Positions 25,701 through 38,840 of a DNA stretch of 64,000 bases are shown piece by piece. The translations under genes were made by a program, and so were the position numbers. The stretch is from assembly GCA_045837725.1 (NCBI GenBank), contig JBEWZL010000246.1, positions 1 through 64,000 of the forward strand, in the 5' to 3' direction. Positions within the stretch are counted from its first letter, which is position 1, and each line of letters begins with the position of its first letter. Source of the stretch: Vermamoeba vermiformis. Lineage: Eukaryota. A model generated the notes under the pieces. It ran no database searches, had not been told where the DNA came from, and was given only the letters and a program-made list of their open reading frames with translations.

Positions 25701-28700
25701 GGTGCTGGAGCTCTTAACAACTGGAGCCTTGTTAGCTTGCACAGACAGAACAACAGTAATGCTTGAACTGTTTGCGGCAGGAGCAGGTTGACCAGTGTCT
25801 TGAGCGTAGAACGTAACGCTGAAAGACAAGTTGTCGGGAGCCAAAGTACCAGGAGTCCAGTTTAAGGTGTATGTAGTAGAAGTGCCGAGGGTGTTGGTGT
25901 TAGTAACAACGATGATAGGGAAGCCAGGAGCGATGGGATTTGAGTTGTAAGAAAGGACACCAGTCGAACTGTTTGAGGCTTGAATGGTATTGGCACCAAT
26001 CCTGAGACTGACTGCATCGCCCAAATCAACATCTTGTATGGTCACGGTGAAAGGTGTCGCGGAACCACGAACACCAACTACCGAAGTAGTGGAAGTACTG
26101 ATCGTAGGAGCATCGTTGACAGGAGTGACATTGATTGTAACGGTACGATCGACGCTGTTCAAGCTGCCGTCGCTCACACGGTAAGTGAAGGTGGTTTGAC
26201 CGTTGAAGTTCAACCTGGGAATGAAGTAAACGGTCTGAGTGGCCAACGCGGTACCAGCTGCCAAATCGGTAGTTGAGGAGCTAGTTGCTCGGAGAACACC
26301 AGCAGCAGAGTCAGGACGAGAAACAACGGTCACAACCAAAGAGGAGGTAGCAGTCTCAACATCGCTGATGCTGGAGGTGAAGCTAATAGTGAAAGCGGTT
26401 TCTTCAGGGGTAGAGGCCGAAAAGTCTTGAGCGACAGGAGGATCGTTGACTGCAGCAAGACTGATAGTAGCGGTGCAAGTACCCGAAGTGAGCTGGCCGT
26501 CAGAAACAGTGAAGCTGATGGTTGCGACGTTGCCGTTAGCATTCGCAACTGGAACGTAGTTGAGCCCCGAAGGAGCCACATTTGTAGCTGGCAACGAAAC
26601 GGTTGCGCTGGTGGCAGCGTTAACAATAGAACCACCACCGGTCATGCTGACTAAGTTGATGGTGAGTGTATCGCCATCGACATCAGAACCAGAGATAGTG
26701 CCCAATGAAGCAGCGATATCTTCAGTACCGGGAATGGTGACGGACAAGCAAACAGGAGCGTCGTTCACTGGCGTGACTGTGATAGAAACAGTACGGGTGG
26801 GCGAATTAGCATTGGCAGGATCGCGCACGAAGTAAGTGAATGACGTCGCGCCGTTCCAGTTCGTGTTCGGTGTGAAACGAATACTCTGGGTTACAGGAGT
26901 CGGGGTTGAAGTGACTTCAACATACGAACTGCCGACGAGTTGGAAGACGCGGCCGTTTGCAGGGAGCGTGGCAATGACAGGGGTCAAAGTGTTCGTAGCG
27001 TCATCAATGTCAGCAATGGATTGACTGAGGTCGATGTCGGCATTATTGTCTTCAGCAATAGTGCGTGTGATATCACTGGCAGTAGGAGCATCGTTAATCG
27101 GGTTCACAGTGAAAGTGACGGTAGCAACGCTGGAGTTCTTGCAACCATCAGATACAAGGAAGCGAGCAGTTTGTTGACCATTGAAGTTAGCGGCAGGAGT
27201 AAAGGTGAAAACAGTGGCAACATCGTAGTTGGCGCTCGTTGTGACTTGAGTTCCAGCAGTGATTGAACCAGCAGGGAGAGCGACCCAAAAGATGCGCATC
27301 AAGTTCTTATCAACGTCGTTAGAAAATGCTTGCAAGTTGAAGGTACGAGAAGTGTCTTCGTCCAATCCGAATGCAGCGTTTGAAACCGTGGGAGCAGCGT
27401 TACTGACGATGTTGACTCGAGCAATGCCATAGCCCGGAATGGCCATAGTAGCAGCCAAGGGGAAGGTATAGGTGCCAGCTGAGTACCTCACTACAACGTT
27501 GGGGAACGAGCAAACGTTGTTGTTGTTACAGGCGCTAGCAATGGTAGTAGCGGCAGGAGTAGTGAACCAGAAGGGATTGGCGGTACCAGGAGAGCGGTAG
27601 AAGCTAATGGAATTGCTGTATGTATCCAACGCGGTATTAGTGGCCAACGTAGCCCATTGTGCGCTAGCAGCTTGGTATGCCCAGCCCATGTTCAAATTAC
27701 CAGCTCCGGAGCCAGTAAAGGTGCTGTAACTACTGAGAGGATTGCCAGTTGTACGAGGGAGAACGAGGTAGATAGGAGTAATTCCACTGGTGTACAAAGT
27801 GTTTTGCAAACTAGTGACTGCAGATGCACTGCTAGTATCTTGCTGACTGACAGTGACCACGATAATAGCACCGAACACGTTGCCTCCACGCCAGCCCATA
27901 GTCGTATCAGCAGCGATAGATTGCACGCTCTGAACGATCATACTTCTGGTTTGAGCAACAGAAGTGTATTGAGCGTTATTGAGGTTATTAACAATGTTGG
28001 AGAGTTGATTGCTGTCAGTGGTCAATCTGCTAAGAATGTCGAGACGGTAGGCACTGCTGCTAGTACGAACGTGGATAGCAAAACCAACGTTAGGAGGTGA
28101 AGCAAACTTGCTAGACAAGAGGTTGTACAACACGGGGATCTGATTCTTAGCAGTGTCGAAGTCGGTAGCAGTCATGTTGTTGCTATCGAGAAGTACCATA
28201 ATGTCGAAGCGCTGTTGGTTTTGAGGCAAAGCATTCAAATTGAAGCCCACAGTAGCGTTACCAACCAACAAGTCACTAAGGTAGACGGTGTATGACAAGG
28301 GCAGGATCGAGAAGCCCGGCAAATCAGAAGATGGAGTACGAGAAATAATCATGGAAGAAGTCGAAGGACTGCAAAGTTGGTTCTCGTTACCAGTGCAAGT
28401 AGGCAATTGAGTGGTGCCCACGATCAACAATCTCTTATCGCAGCCAACGCTAAAGCATCTAGCGTCCCTGGGGAAGACGCCAGGAGCGGATGTGGGTGCA
28501 CAAGTTTGCCATTGGTTGTTAACAGCAGTACCGTCGGCCAAAATCAAGCAATAGCTCGATCCGTCAGGCTTCGTGAAGAGAGAGGGATTGTTAACAACGG
28601 CAAGTCGAGTAGTGTTGTCGTTGGGAGCCAAGATCCAGTTAGTGGGCAGACGAATGTAACCTTGGCATGCTTGAGTGTTACGAGCCTCCAAAACAGCATA

Positions 28701-29729
28701 CTGAGTGCACAAGTATTCGGTGTATCTCACGATTTCACCGTCGGTGCAACCCTGGAGGGTACCGTTGACGTACTCGATGAGATCGCTGGCGGTGTAGTTA
28801 CCGTCAGTGGTGAAGTAGAACATAACTAAAAAGAAATCAGTCAACCTGTACCACTTAATTGGAGCTATAGTACGTACCGTCGTTATAGTCCTTGTCACCA
28901 AGGCCGTTCAAATCTTCGAATCCGACCACGACCTGGTTGTCGATCTTGGTCCAAGCGATGTGTCGGAAGCCATCACGGTTAGTAAGAACATCAGTAGTGT
29001 AGCTAACCCAGAAGTCGGGAGTACTAGGGTTGTTGAAACCGTCTGCCCTGACCCAAAATCCGATGACCGTTCCGGCTGGGAAAGGACCCACAGTTGTGGT
29101 AACACCAGCAAACATACAGCCTTCAAATTTAATTAATTGATTAATATATGTTATGATTCTGGCGTCAACAACTTACCGCTGGAGCCCATGGAAGAGGTTT
29201 GGGACACATCGGGGAAGATCGGAACGTAGCCGGGATTAGGTCTAGCAGTTCTGGTAGCGTCATCAAATAGGAAATAACCAAACTGGTTTCTATAACCAGC
29301 TCCTTCGAAGACAAAGGTGAAGCTAACGTTGCTTGCCTAAAAGTTACCGTTAGCGAATTTTGTTCACACGGCCAATTTTTAATCACGGCGCGTGGTGATC
29401 CCCATGTTTTAAACTTACTGTTTGCAAAACAATGAAGGCGTCCGTATTTGGATTCACCAAGAGAGCGTTTGGTGTGCTTCTCTCAGGGAAGAGAGTGTTA
29501 AGTTGGTTAATGAATGATTGCGCAACCGGGACCGAAGTTGTCCTCGACAAAGGGATGGGACGCGCTGCAACAAAGCTTGTCAGTAAGTGGTCGTTAATAT
29601 GACCAGTGGCTAATACTTACAGGCATTAGGGCAGTTCGTCCAATTGATGCCGTTCACCGTTTGTGAGTTGGTTGCTCTAAAATACACAGCGCATATAAAT
29701 AGAAATACAAAGAGGGTTCTAGTGTACAT
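19773..29729 (-). CDS. Giant Sib-like (similar-to-integrin-beta) type I membrane adhesin, about 3200 aa
   Basis: Signal peptide, DUF4114-like VGFEDLNGLGDKDYND, Cys-rich region, VWA-like domain (FDIMVLLD), about 21 bacterial Ig/cadherin-like repeats (V.PVNDAP...EDT), TM helix with GxxxG (GLVIG), cytoplasmic SAIY and NPFY motifs. Confidence 0.85.
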
Positions 29730-30623
29730 GTCTGAGCTCTTTTGTGGAGCACAGTTAAAATTTGGCTTAAAAAGTGAACCGAAAACAAAAGCTGCGTAAA
29801 CGCGATGCAAAATTTGGCCTTGCGCATTGTAATGTTAGGTGGATAAATCTCCACGCGAATTTTTGTGTCTCGCCACGGAGAAATATTTAAAATAGAATTT
29901 TGGCAAAGTTTAAGGCGAGATTAATTTGTGATTAACCAGTAAAAACGCGTGCCAAAGCATTTCTCATACGTATTCAGCAGCGCAAGCAACACACAAAAGG
30001 CTTGTCAACAATATCGACAAAGATAGGACACACGTCCGCTTCGCTTGCAACTTTCAGTTGGTCAGGCGTCACGTAAAATTGCTGGGTACTGTACTTACTG
30101 TACTTTTGTCGTAATTGTGATTGCTCGCGCTGTAGAGTTAGTTATGTAAGATGACCTCCACTAATGGATTTTGATCACTGTTCTGAACGTTAGTCCAATA
30201 CTACTTTTGTCACAATTAACGGTACTTACATAAATTTATTTGTAGTTATACTGTATGCCCAAGTATTGCAGTAATCTCTTATTATTACTATTAATTAAAT
30301 TAAATCCGTTCGCCAACTTTTTGGTTATCTTTTCGAACGAAGCTTAAGACAAGGAAACTAATTTAATTAGTATTAAATTGGTCCACTAAATAATAAGTAG
30401 TTAGCAATTACAATTTTCGATAAAACAATTGTTGTTGAAATCCGGATTTCGATGACCTGATGCGGTCTCACTTTCCAAAGACGACATTACACGGACACAG
30501 TATTAAAATGACGTGTTGCATTGTAATTCTATCAGGATTTGTGGCAAGAAAAAGAGAGGAATCGGAGGCATAAAAAATCTCTGCTCAGTTTTATTTTTCT
30601 TATCTTGTCAACCAAAACTCAAC

Positions 30624-33600
30624 ATGTCTGCTCAACGCGTCTGGGTCGCCTTACACGGTGAAGATAAAGAAAACGCGCACGAGATTGCCGTTTCTAGCGA
30701 CACTGTTTCTGGTAAGCCTTGCATGGTTCGAGTCTGAGACTAAATTTAATTGCGCTATTAATTTAAAATAAATATTTACAATTTTATCTCAAGGACTACT
30801 GCAAGCTATTGCCAAATCTCAAGTCTTGTCCAATGTTTCTGCTTCTGAGTTCGAATCTCTGGAATTGAACGGGGAAGTTCTGAAGCCGCGTCAAAAGCTC
30901 TCCGCCCTCAAGCTTACTGATGAATCCACATTTTTTTTGCGCCTCAAGAAGTCAACTCCTTCATTACCATCGTTTCCTTTTGGTGACGAGGAAGATGAAG
31001 AGCCCAAGAAATTAGACGAAAACGGCTCGGAGGGTGATAAAGAAGAGAAAAAGGAAGATGAAAAGGATGCTGACGAGAAAGAAGAAGGTCCTAAAGGCCC
31101 CGATGCTGCAGAAGAAGAGAAGGACAAAAAGAAGGAAAAGAAGGAAGAACACAAAGGATTCGCCGTTACGCGAAAGGATATTATTGACAAGGTATGTCTT
31201 ACCTTTTATCATGTCTGTATCTACGGGTCAAATCGTCTAATGGGTTATGCTAGCAAACTGGCGATGTAATTGGTGTCGAGACAATGATCACCATTTTGGA
31301 TTACAACTTGAAGGATGAGCTTCAAATTGAAATGAACATGGATGAACTCTACCAAACTAAGCCTCAAGTAGAATTAAACGAATTTGCTCCTTACTTGGAG
31401 AATCTTCGTCAAAGGTAACATTGATCTACGAGTTCTGATTTTTTTCTGACACATTGTGGCACGTGTTCTGAACCTTTGATACCCAACTTTAGAGCCGCCC
31501 TTGAAGAGAACAGCCCCTTGAAGCCTTTCCTTACTTGGTTGGAGAAGCAATTTGAGGATTTGTCGGCCAAGCTTGAGGCTATGAAGCAAAAGGGCGTCAT
31601 CTCATTCACCGAACTCATTTTGCTCTACAACAAGGGCAAGAAGTGCTATGGTACGTCAAAACAAGCTACGGATATGGTATTATAGCATTAACGGACGTTG
31701 CATAGCTTTTGACGACGTTTTGGACCAAAAAGTCGGATTTGAGATCACCAAATCCTACTTCCGCAAGTCATTCTTCGGCACGTTCTTTGTCGTTTCTGGC
31801 AAAGTTACTTTCACAAATGGTCTCAAGTTCTACACTGTTATGAAGGAGTTCTATATTGGTGCTTTCTCGGTACGCTGCTTGCTGCGTGCACGCTGCTCAA
31901 GTTCACACCACTAATTTTGTTATAGGGCGTCAAAAAATTGACCGAGCTGCCTGTAAGACCTCTCACTGACGAGATTCAAAAGGAGCTCACCGCCCGTGGT
32001 GAGAAGTTCAGAAAGTACGCTAATGGCAGCCATTACTTGACGTACAAAGGCTCGCTCTTCCGCAAGTCATACTACAGTTTGCTTATCGTCAAATCGTAAG
32101 TACTCCCTGACTTCATCCTTTAGGAGACACCTTCTGATATAAAATCTTAGTGACGGCCGAGTTATGGTTGATGGAAGCAGTTTCAAGCGCATGAATCCGA
32201 ACTACAGGTACAGATCGTTCCGACCGAGCGTTTATCTTACAAAATACTGCTCTGTCAGTCATCTAATCACATTATTTAGACACGAGGACTATGGTCACGA
32301 CCGTGACGGAGAAAGTGGTGGATCTCCGGAGTAAGCCCGAAAATATTTATTAATCCAAATTCTTGCAATATTTTAATTGACTTGCAATTACTAAAATCCG
32401 TTGCCTTAATTACCTTAACTACGTAACTATATTGATGCCCGCAACTGTTTACTAACAGCACATGATTTCAGACTCAACGACGAAGATCTCTGGACTACTT
32501 GGCCGTTCGTCTATGGCTTCTCGTTGAGCGCTAAGAAATGGGGTGAAATGTGCGTAGAGTTTATGGAGCCCGTTAAATACGATGAAGATGCCTTCGACAA
32601 GCTCGTGTTACCGACAGATAAGAAGGAGCTGATCAAGGCTTTGGTCGAGCACAGAAACCAATCCTTCTCCGATATCATCTCTGGTAAGGGAGGAGGTTGC
32701 ATCTTCTTGTTGCACGGTTCACCGGGTGTTGGTAAAACCCTTACCGCTGAATCGATTGCAGAGCTGCTGCACCGTCCTTTGTATAGGTAAGTCTCGGGCT
32801 ATATTATTCTTCATGCTTGTCGTTGAATTCACCGCCTTGTGGACTGCTTCAAGCACGATTTCCAATGTTTACATCTTTCTCATCCTTAATTAATTAAATA
32901 GTGTTTCTGTTGGTGAGCTCGGTACCTCAACACTCGAACTGGAAGAGAAGCTTCGTGAGATCTTGGAAGTTGCTTGCGTCTGGGACGCCGTCGTATTAAT
33001 TGATGAAGCCGGTACGTATTCGAAGCATTATTTCCTTAAATGGGCAAATATCTCAAGTCGAGATTCTGATATATTAACGAGATCCCATACTAACTCTGGC
33101 GTGCAGATATCTTCTTAGAGCGAAGAACTGAGCAAGATATCAAGCGAAATGCCATGGTCGGTATCTTCTTGCGTTTATTGGAGTACCACCAAGGTGTTTT
33201 GTTCTTGACCACCAACCGTGTTAAATCATTCGATCCAGCTTTCCACAGCAGAATTTCAGTCGCTCTCAAGTATAATGACCTTGACAATGACTCTAGAGGT
33301 AAGGAGAAACGGTCGCTATACTTAAGACCACGCACTAATGACCTGAAACAGAAAAAATTTGGAGCAACTTGCTCAAGGCCGCAAACATCCCTGGCGTCGA
33401 CGCAGCTGACTTCAAGCACTTCGAGATCAACGGTCGTCAGATCAAGAACAGCATTCGCCTCGCCCAAGTACGTTCAGTTAACATTTCGCTGAATTCTGTT
33501 TGCCGAATCCGGAAATTATTATTTGGAGCTCGTGCCAGATAAATTTAATTTGCGCAATAATATCATTTTCTAACGTTGTTGTGTTTAGGCTTTGGCTGCT

Positions 33601-33810
33601 GCTGAAAAGATCAAGGTGACTAAGGATGTGCTGTTGCGCACTATCAACGTCGCCTTGCAGTTCCAGACTGATCTCTTAGAATCTATCATCAACGAGGATG
33701 CTCAAGATGAATTATTGAAGACTACTATTCACGAGGCAGTCAACAAGATCGCTCATAGCTCTGAGATCAAGATTCCGTTGAGAGCTAGCCATGAGCTCCA
33801 TAAGCATTAA
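30624..33810 (+). CDS. AAA+ ATPase of a type common in fungi, with an N-terminal ubiquitin-like domain and acidic linker
   Basis: Walker A GSPGVGKT within DIISGKGGGCIFLLHG, Walker B VLIDEAD, FLRLLEYHQGVLFLTTNR, DPAFHSRI and NGRQIKN. Confidence 0.88.
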
Positions 33811-34026
33811 GTTGCATATCTATTGTAATAAAGCCAGTTAATTAGACCGATAATGACCCGAAGAATTTGGTTACCCCAACGAGGTTCACGGGAACCCAAA
33901 ATTTCGTTCTTTTATTGCGCGCACAAGAAAATGAAATCTTTTGTTGCAAAATCAGTTGTAGTTGGCCAGCGAAGATAACATTAGAGGATTAAGAGATTTT
34001 AATAGGTTACAGCTCCATAGCAGCCA

Positions 34027-37000
34027 ATGGAATTGCAGATCAAGGCTGAAAAACTCGGTAAATATCACGATCATTATTTTTCAGTGGGCAAATATCTACC
34101 TTTGGGGTAGAAGTAATAATTGTAATGTTATTAGATTTATTAAAATTTACATAATATTTATCCATTAATTTCAATTTTTTTTTAATATCTGCATAGTGAC
34201 AACGCCGGGAAATTGTAAGTTATACTGTTGCGGATCTGGAAAATATGGAAATCTTGGGCTTGGCAGTAATGGACTTCGCCTGTCACTTCAAACACTCGAT
34301 CTTGATCCTGACATTGACATTATTGCCGTAAGCTGCGGAGCGCTTCATGTCCTCGCATTAACGAGTAGGCCTTATATAAACGTAAACTTTTAAATTTAAT
34401 CGCTAAGTTTAAACTTAGGCACTGGACAATTATACGCTTGGGGATCGAATAACAAAGGCCAAGTCGGATCTGGCAGCTCGTCAAACAAGCCCGTGCAGTT
34501 ACGAAGATTTGTTGGCGGTGATTCGAACGTGGAATTCAAAGCAATTTCCGCAGGAAAGACTCACAGTCTAGCTCTAACAACAAAGGGCAAGATTTATGCC
34601 TGGGGAAATGCCAAGTATAATGGAACAGGTATTAATGTTATTGTTACAATGAATCGTTAATAATCCTACTTGCCGAAACAGGGCAAAACCGAGATGTTCA
34701 ATATCCGCAGTTATTGCAAGTCAATGAGGAGTTTGTCAGTATTAGCGCCGGTTACGCGCATTCTCTCGCATTGACGAGTAAGGCGCTATTGCACTATTAT
34801 ACGATTATGTATTGATTTTGAGTAGCTACTGGTCGAATCTATGCATGGGGCAGCGGCAAGTACGGCCAACTGGGTTTTGGTACTAGCGCGAGTTGTCCCA
34901 CTCCAACCTTAATATCTGAATTTGATGGTGCCAGTCTCGTAGAGTTTTCAGCAATTAGTGCAGGAGGATATCACTCTTTAGCTCTGACTAGTAAGTTCAA
35001 AGTGGATGCGTTACATGACACGTGATTTTAACAATTGTAACTCAGCTGAGCCGTCTCGAAGGATTTATTCGTGGGGTTGGAACTACTATGGCCAGACGGC
35101 GCATGGATTTACAACGCACCATACGCCAAAGAAGATCAACACAGAAGAAAAATTTAAAGCGATTAGCGCTGGTGGACAAATGTCACTTGCCCTAACCGGT
35201 ACGCCTACATAAGCGCACGTATTACTTTTCACTGTTAACGCTTCATTAGTTGACGGAAAGGTGTTGTCATTTGGAAAGCAGAGCCATCTCGGCCATGATG
35301 CTGGTATGTGGTCCAGTTACATGATGGAGCCGGTTCCGATTGACGAGCCGATCGTCCAAATCAGCGCAGGATACAACCATTCAGTAGGACTAGCAAGTGA
35401 GTAATAACATTTTGTGCACGGCGGCACGTGTAAGTAACGATTCTTTTGCAGAGAGTGGTGCTGTGTACGCGTGGGGAAGTGGACACGATGGGCAACTTGG
35501 CAACGGCATCAAAAAGTCAGCCAAAGTCCCAATTAAGATCGTTCTAAACAGGCGCTCGAGCGATGTAGATGACAGTTCGGATTCAGACGAGAGTGACAGC
35601 AAGAAGCTGGAATCGGCAGCAGACCAACCCGCGTTTGTCCTCGCGTGTGCTGGTGGTTCAAAGCGAGGCAGCTACACGTTTTTGCTTTCTACTCGACAAG
35701 GTAAGGTCCTCTGCGATATTACTACAGAGTCTTATTATTGATATTTGGCTAGAAATAAAATCTAGCAGGGGCAGAACAATGACCGAAGCGCACGTCGTGT
35801 ACAACAAGTTTAAGTGGGCCATCAAGTCTGGAGATAAGGAACAGCTCATCGCTGCATGCGAAAATCCGCTGCTGTCAGAAAGAAAAAAGATGAAGGGTTT
35901 GAACTTGATCGCGCGATACAACAAGCCTGAGCTCATTTCAACAATGACCTCGAGAGGGTGCCTCGTTAACAAGCCCTATAAAAGCAGCAAAACTCCGTTG
36001 CAAGTAGCAGCTCAACATGGTTCGTTGGCGGTATTGAATATGTTACTAAACGAAGGTGAGTTCGATCAACTTAAACACTACGCGGCCGCTAACGTTTTTG
36101 GCAGGAGCTGAAGTCGATTTGAAAAATAGCAGCGGTCAAACTGCGCTACATATAGCTGCTAAAGAGGGCCGCTTAGACGTTGCAAAGATCTTAGTTGGCC
36201 ACAGGGCGTCAATTTTAGCTGCGGATTCCAAGGGCAATACTCCGTTCCACTTAGCCGTATCAAAGCGACAAAACGAAGTCTTAGACTACTTTTTGAGCGT
36301 TAATAGGGACTGCCTAGAGGCTAAGAACAACAAGGGCCAGACAGGACTTCATCTTTCAGTCCTCTATGAAAATGCACACGCGCTCATTGCACTTTGTATG
36401 CGAGGTAAGTTGAGCGGTCATTAATATCAAATCAGTACTATAACGCCACACTATAGGAGCCAACACCGAGGCCAAGGACAAGAAAGGAAATACCCCGCTG
36501 TACTACGCGGTGGCAGATAAAAATGCAAGGCTGATCCGCAAGTTGCTGAAGTTCAGTAAGCCAGCCCTGATGGACTTTTGTTCGCGATCATATTATTAAT
36601 AAATATTTAGGCGCTAATAAGAACGCTATGACTTCGCAAGGCAAGACAATCCTTGAACTGCCACTCGATCCTGACACGCTTGGCGTATTGACTTCACCGC
36701 TGTACGAAGAAAGGAAGGATATAATGAGCGCCAGTCAGGAGGGCATATTTTATAAGAACTTGGTATTTCAAGGTGGAGGTATTAAAGGATTGGCGTACAT
36801 CGGAGGTGGGTTGCTCGATCCTGATGCAAAAACCGAAGTTTTGACTGTTTTTCATTGTTAGCTTTGGAGAGGCTTTATAGCGTCGAGAAAGCATTTTTCG
36901 ATAATGTTCAACGAATTGGAGGCACTTCCGCAGGAGCAATTACTGCGATCTTGGTTGGCTTGGGCTATCCCGTCAAAGAGATCAAAGCGAAGTTGCGCGA

Positions 37001-38584
37001 CTTGGACTTTAAGGACTTTTTAGACGGAAGACATAAGGACAGATTTTTGGACTTGAAGGATAAGAACTTCACTACGAAGACTATCCTTTGGGAACTTCTC
37101 AGCGGATCCATTCGTACGATCTGGGAACAAGTCAGCAAGAACTTTGGCCTATTCAAAGGCGACGTCTTTCGTGACTGGATCGAGTCCAATATTTACGCTA
37201 AGACCAACAAGCACAACACGACTTTTAGAGAATTGAAAGAGTTGCGCGAAGAAGGCAAAGTAGAGTTCAAAGATCTTTACTTCGTCGGCACCAATTTGAC
37301 TAAGATGGAGAGTGAAGTGTTTTCGTACGAAACAACGCCTGATATGGTCATAGCTGATGCCGTTAGAATCTCGATGTCAATTCCGTTCCTGTTTGTACCC
37401 CACTATAGGTGCGTCAAGATCTGGCTTTTATTCCATCGTTCATGAAGCTCATCCATCAATTTAGGTTCGAGAAACCACCTGGCGTTGCAGAGCCGTACAA
37501 ACATCCGAGTGGTTACGCGTACATTGACGGTGGTTTGATCGATAACTACCCTGTCACACTGTTCGACAAAACCAAGTACTTGACTTCCTACAAACAAAAT
37601 CAACCCGGAGAGTTGCCTGTATTCAATACAGAGACGCTTGGCTTCAGATTAATCGATGGAAATTTGAAGAAAGTGTACGAAGGCAGAGACTCGGAGGACA
37701 AAACAAACCCGAAGCATCAAGACAACGAAATCAACGGTATATTTGCAATGATCTGGGCAACATTCGGGTGCATTTACTACAAACAGGAGAGCGATCACTT
37801 GCACAGTATTGACTCGAAGAGGTCCGTGTACATCGACCACTTCAACATTGGCATGGTGGACTTCGACTTGACTGAAGGACAGAAGGACAGTTTGATCGCT
37901 GCAGGCAAAGTAGCCGTCGAGGACTTCATATCTCGAGCACAGAAGGACAGCATATTACGCAAGAAATCTCACTTCTTATCGCCCAAGTTGTTCGCGGTCT
38001 TGGCCAAGTACTTCATGGACTTTGAAGTGTCCGTCGTTAATGGAAATTTGGAAGTCAAAAACATCGCGGTCTCAAAGGCATTTAACAACTCCAAGAACTT
38101 ATTCTACGAATATGGAAAAATTGCGAATGACCTCGAGTTATTGCTATTGAAGGATTTGGGTTTGTCGATCTACGCTAAGGACGAAAAAGGAAATACAGCG
38201 CTGCATGAATTTGCACGAGAAGGAGACTTCGTGTCATTCCAGCGCTTGTGGAAAATTGAGCCATTTAAGAATATTGAAGTTATGAATTTTGAAGGCGACG
38301 GACTTTTGGATGCAGCTTTGAAATGCGAAGATAACGGCAAGATGAAGCAAACTGTGACTTCTCTTGTATCGGCCGGAATATTTAAATGCAGATTGGAGAA
38401 TTTGGAGAAGGTTTCGAGCATTTGCCAAACAGTAAGTATTGAAATGGTGGATTTCGAGCACAAAGTTGACAACATCACTTTTTAGGCAATTGAAAACGGG
38501 TTTGGAGGTTTAGAAGCTCCGTTTAAAGAATTTAAACAGTATTGGGAGACAAGGTCAAATATTATGGCCTCTCCTTCAATTTAA
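34027..38584 (+). CDS. RCC1-repeat / ankyrin-repeat / patatin-like phospholipase (ExoU/VipD-like) / ankyrin fusion protein
   Basis: About six RCC1 blades (WG.N..GQLG, ISAG..HSLAL), ankyrins (KTPLQVAA, GQTALHIAA, GNTPFHLA), patatin motifs FQGGGIKG, GTSAG and YIDGG, and a further GNTALH ankyrin. The RCC1-ankyrin junction splices in frame at the intron starting 35701. Confidence 0.85.
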
Positions 38585-38840
38585 ATTAAATTTTCAAAAT
38601 TTCTGCAGCAGATGAGACGGATGTAACATAATACTCAGGATGCGTTCCTTTTCCTATTTGTATCTCGACGAATACTACCTAGTGTTCATTTAGTATGGGT
38701 TTTCCTTATTTGACACCGGGTAACGAACGGAATAATGAATCTTTTTTCGATTTTTCCAATTTATTTGTTTGGTCTCGACTTGCTGACAACATTCAACCTT
38801 GTAAATAGTATTTATATGACGATATAACACTGCAACACGG

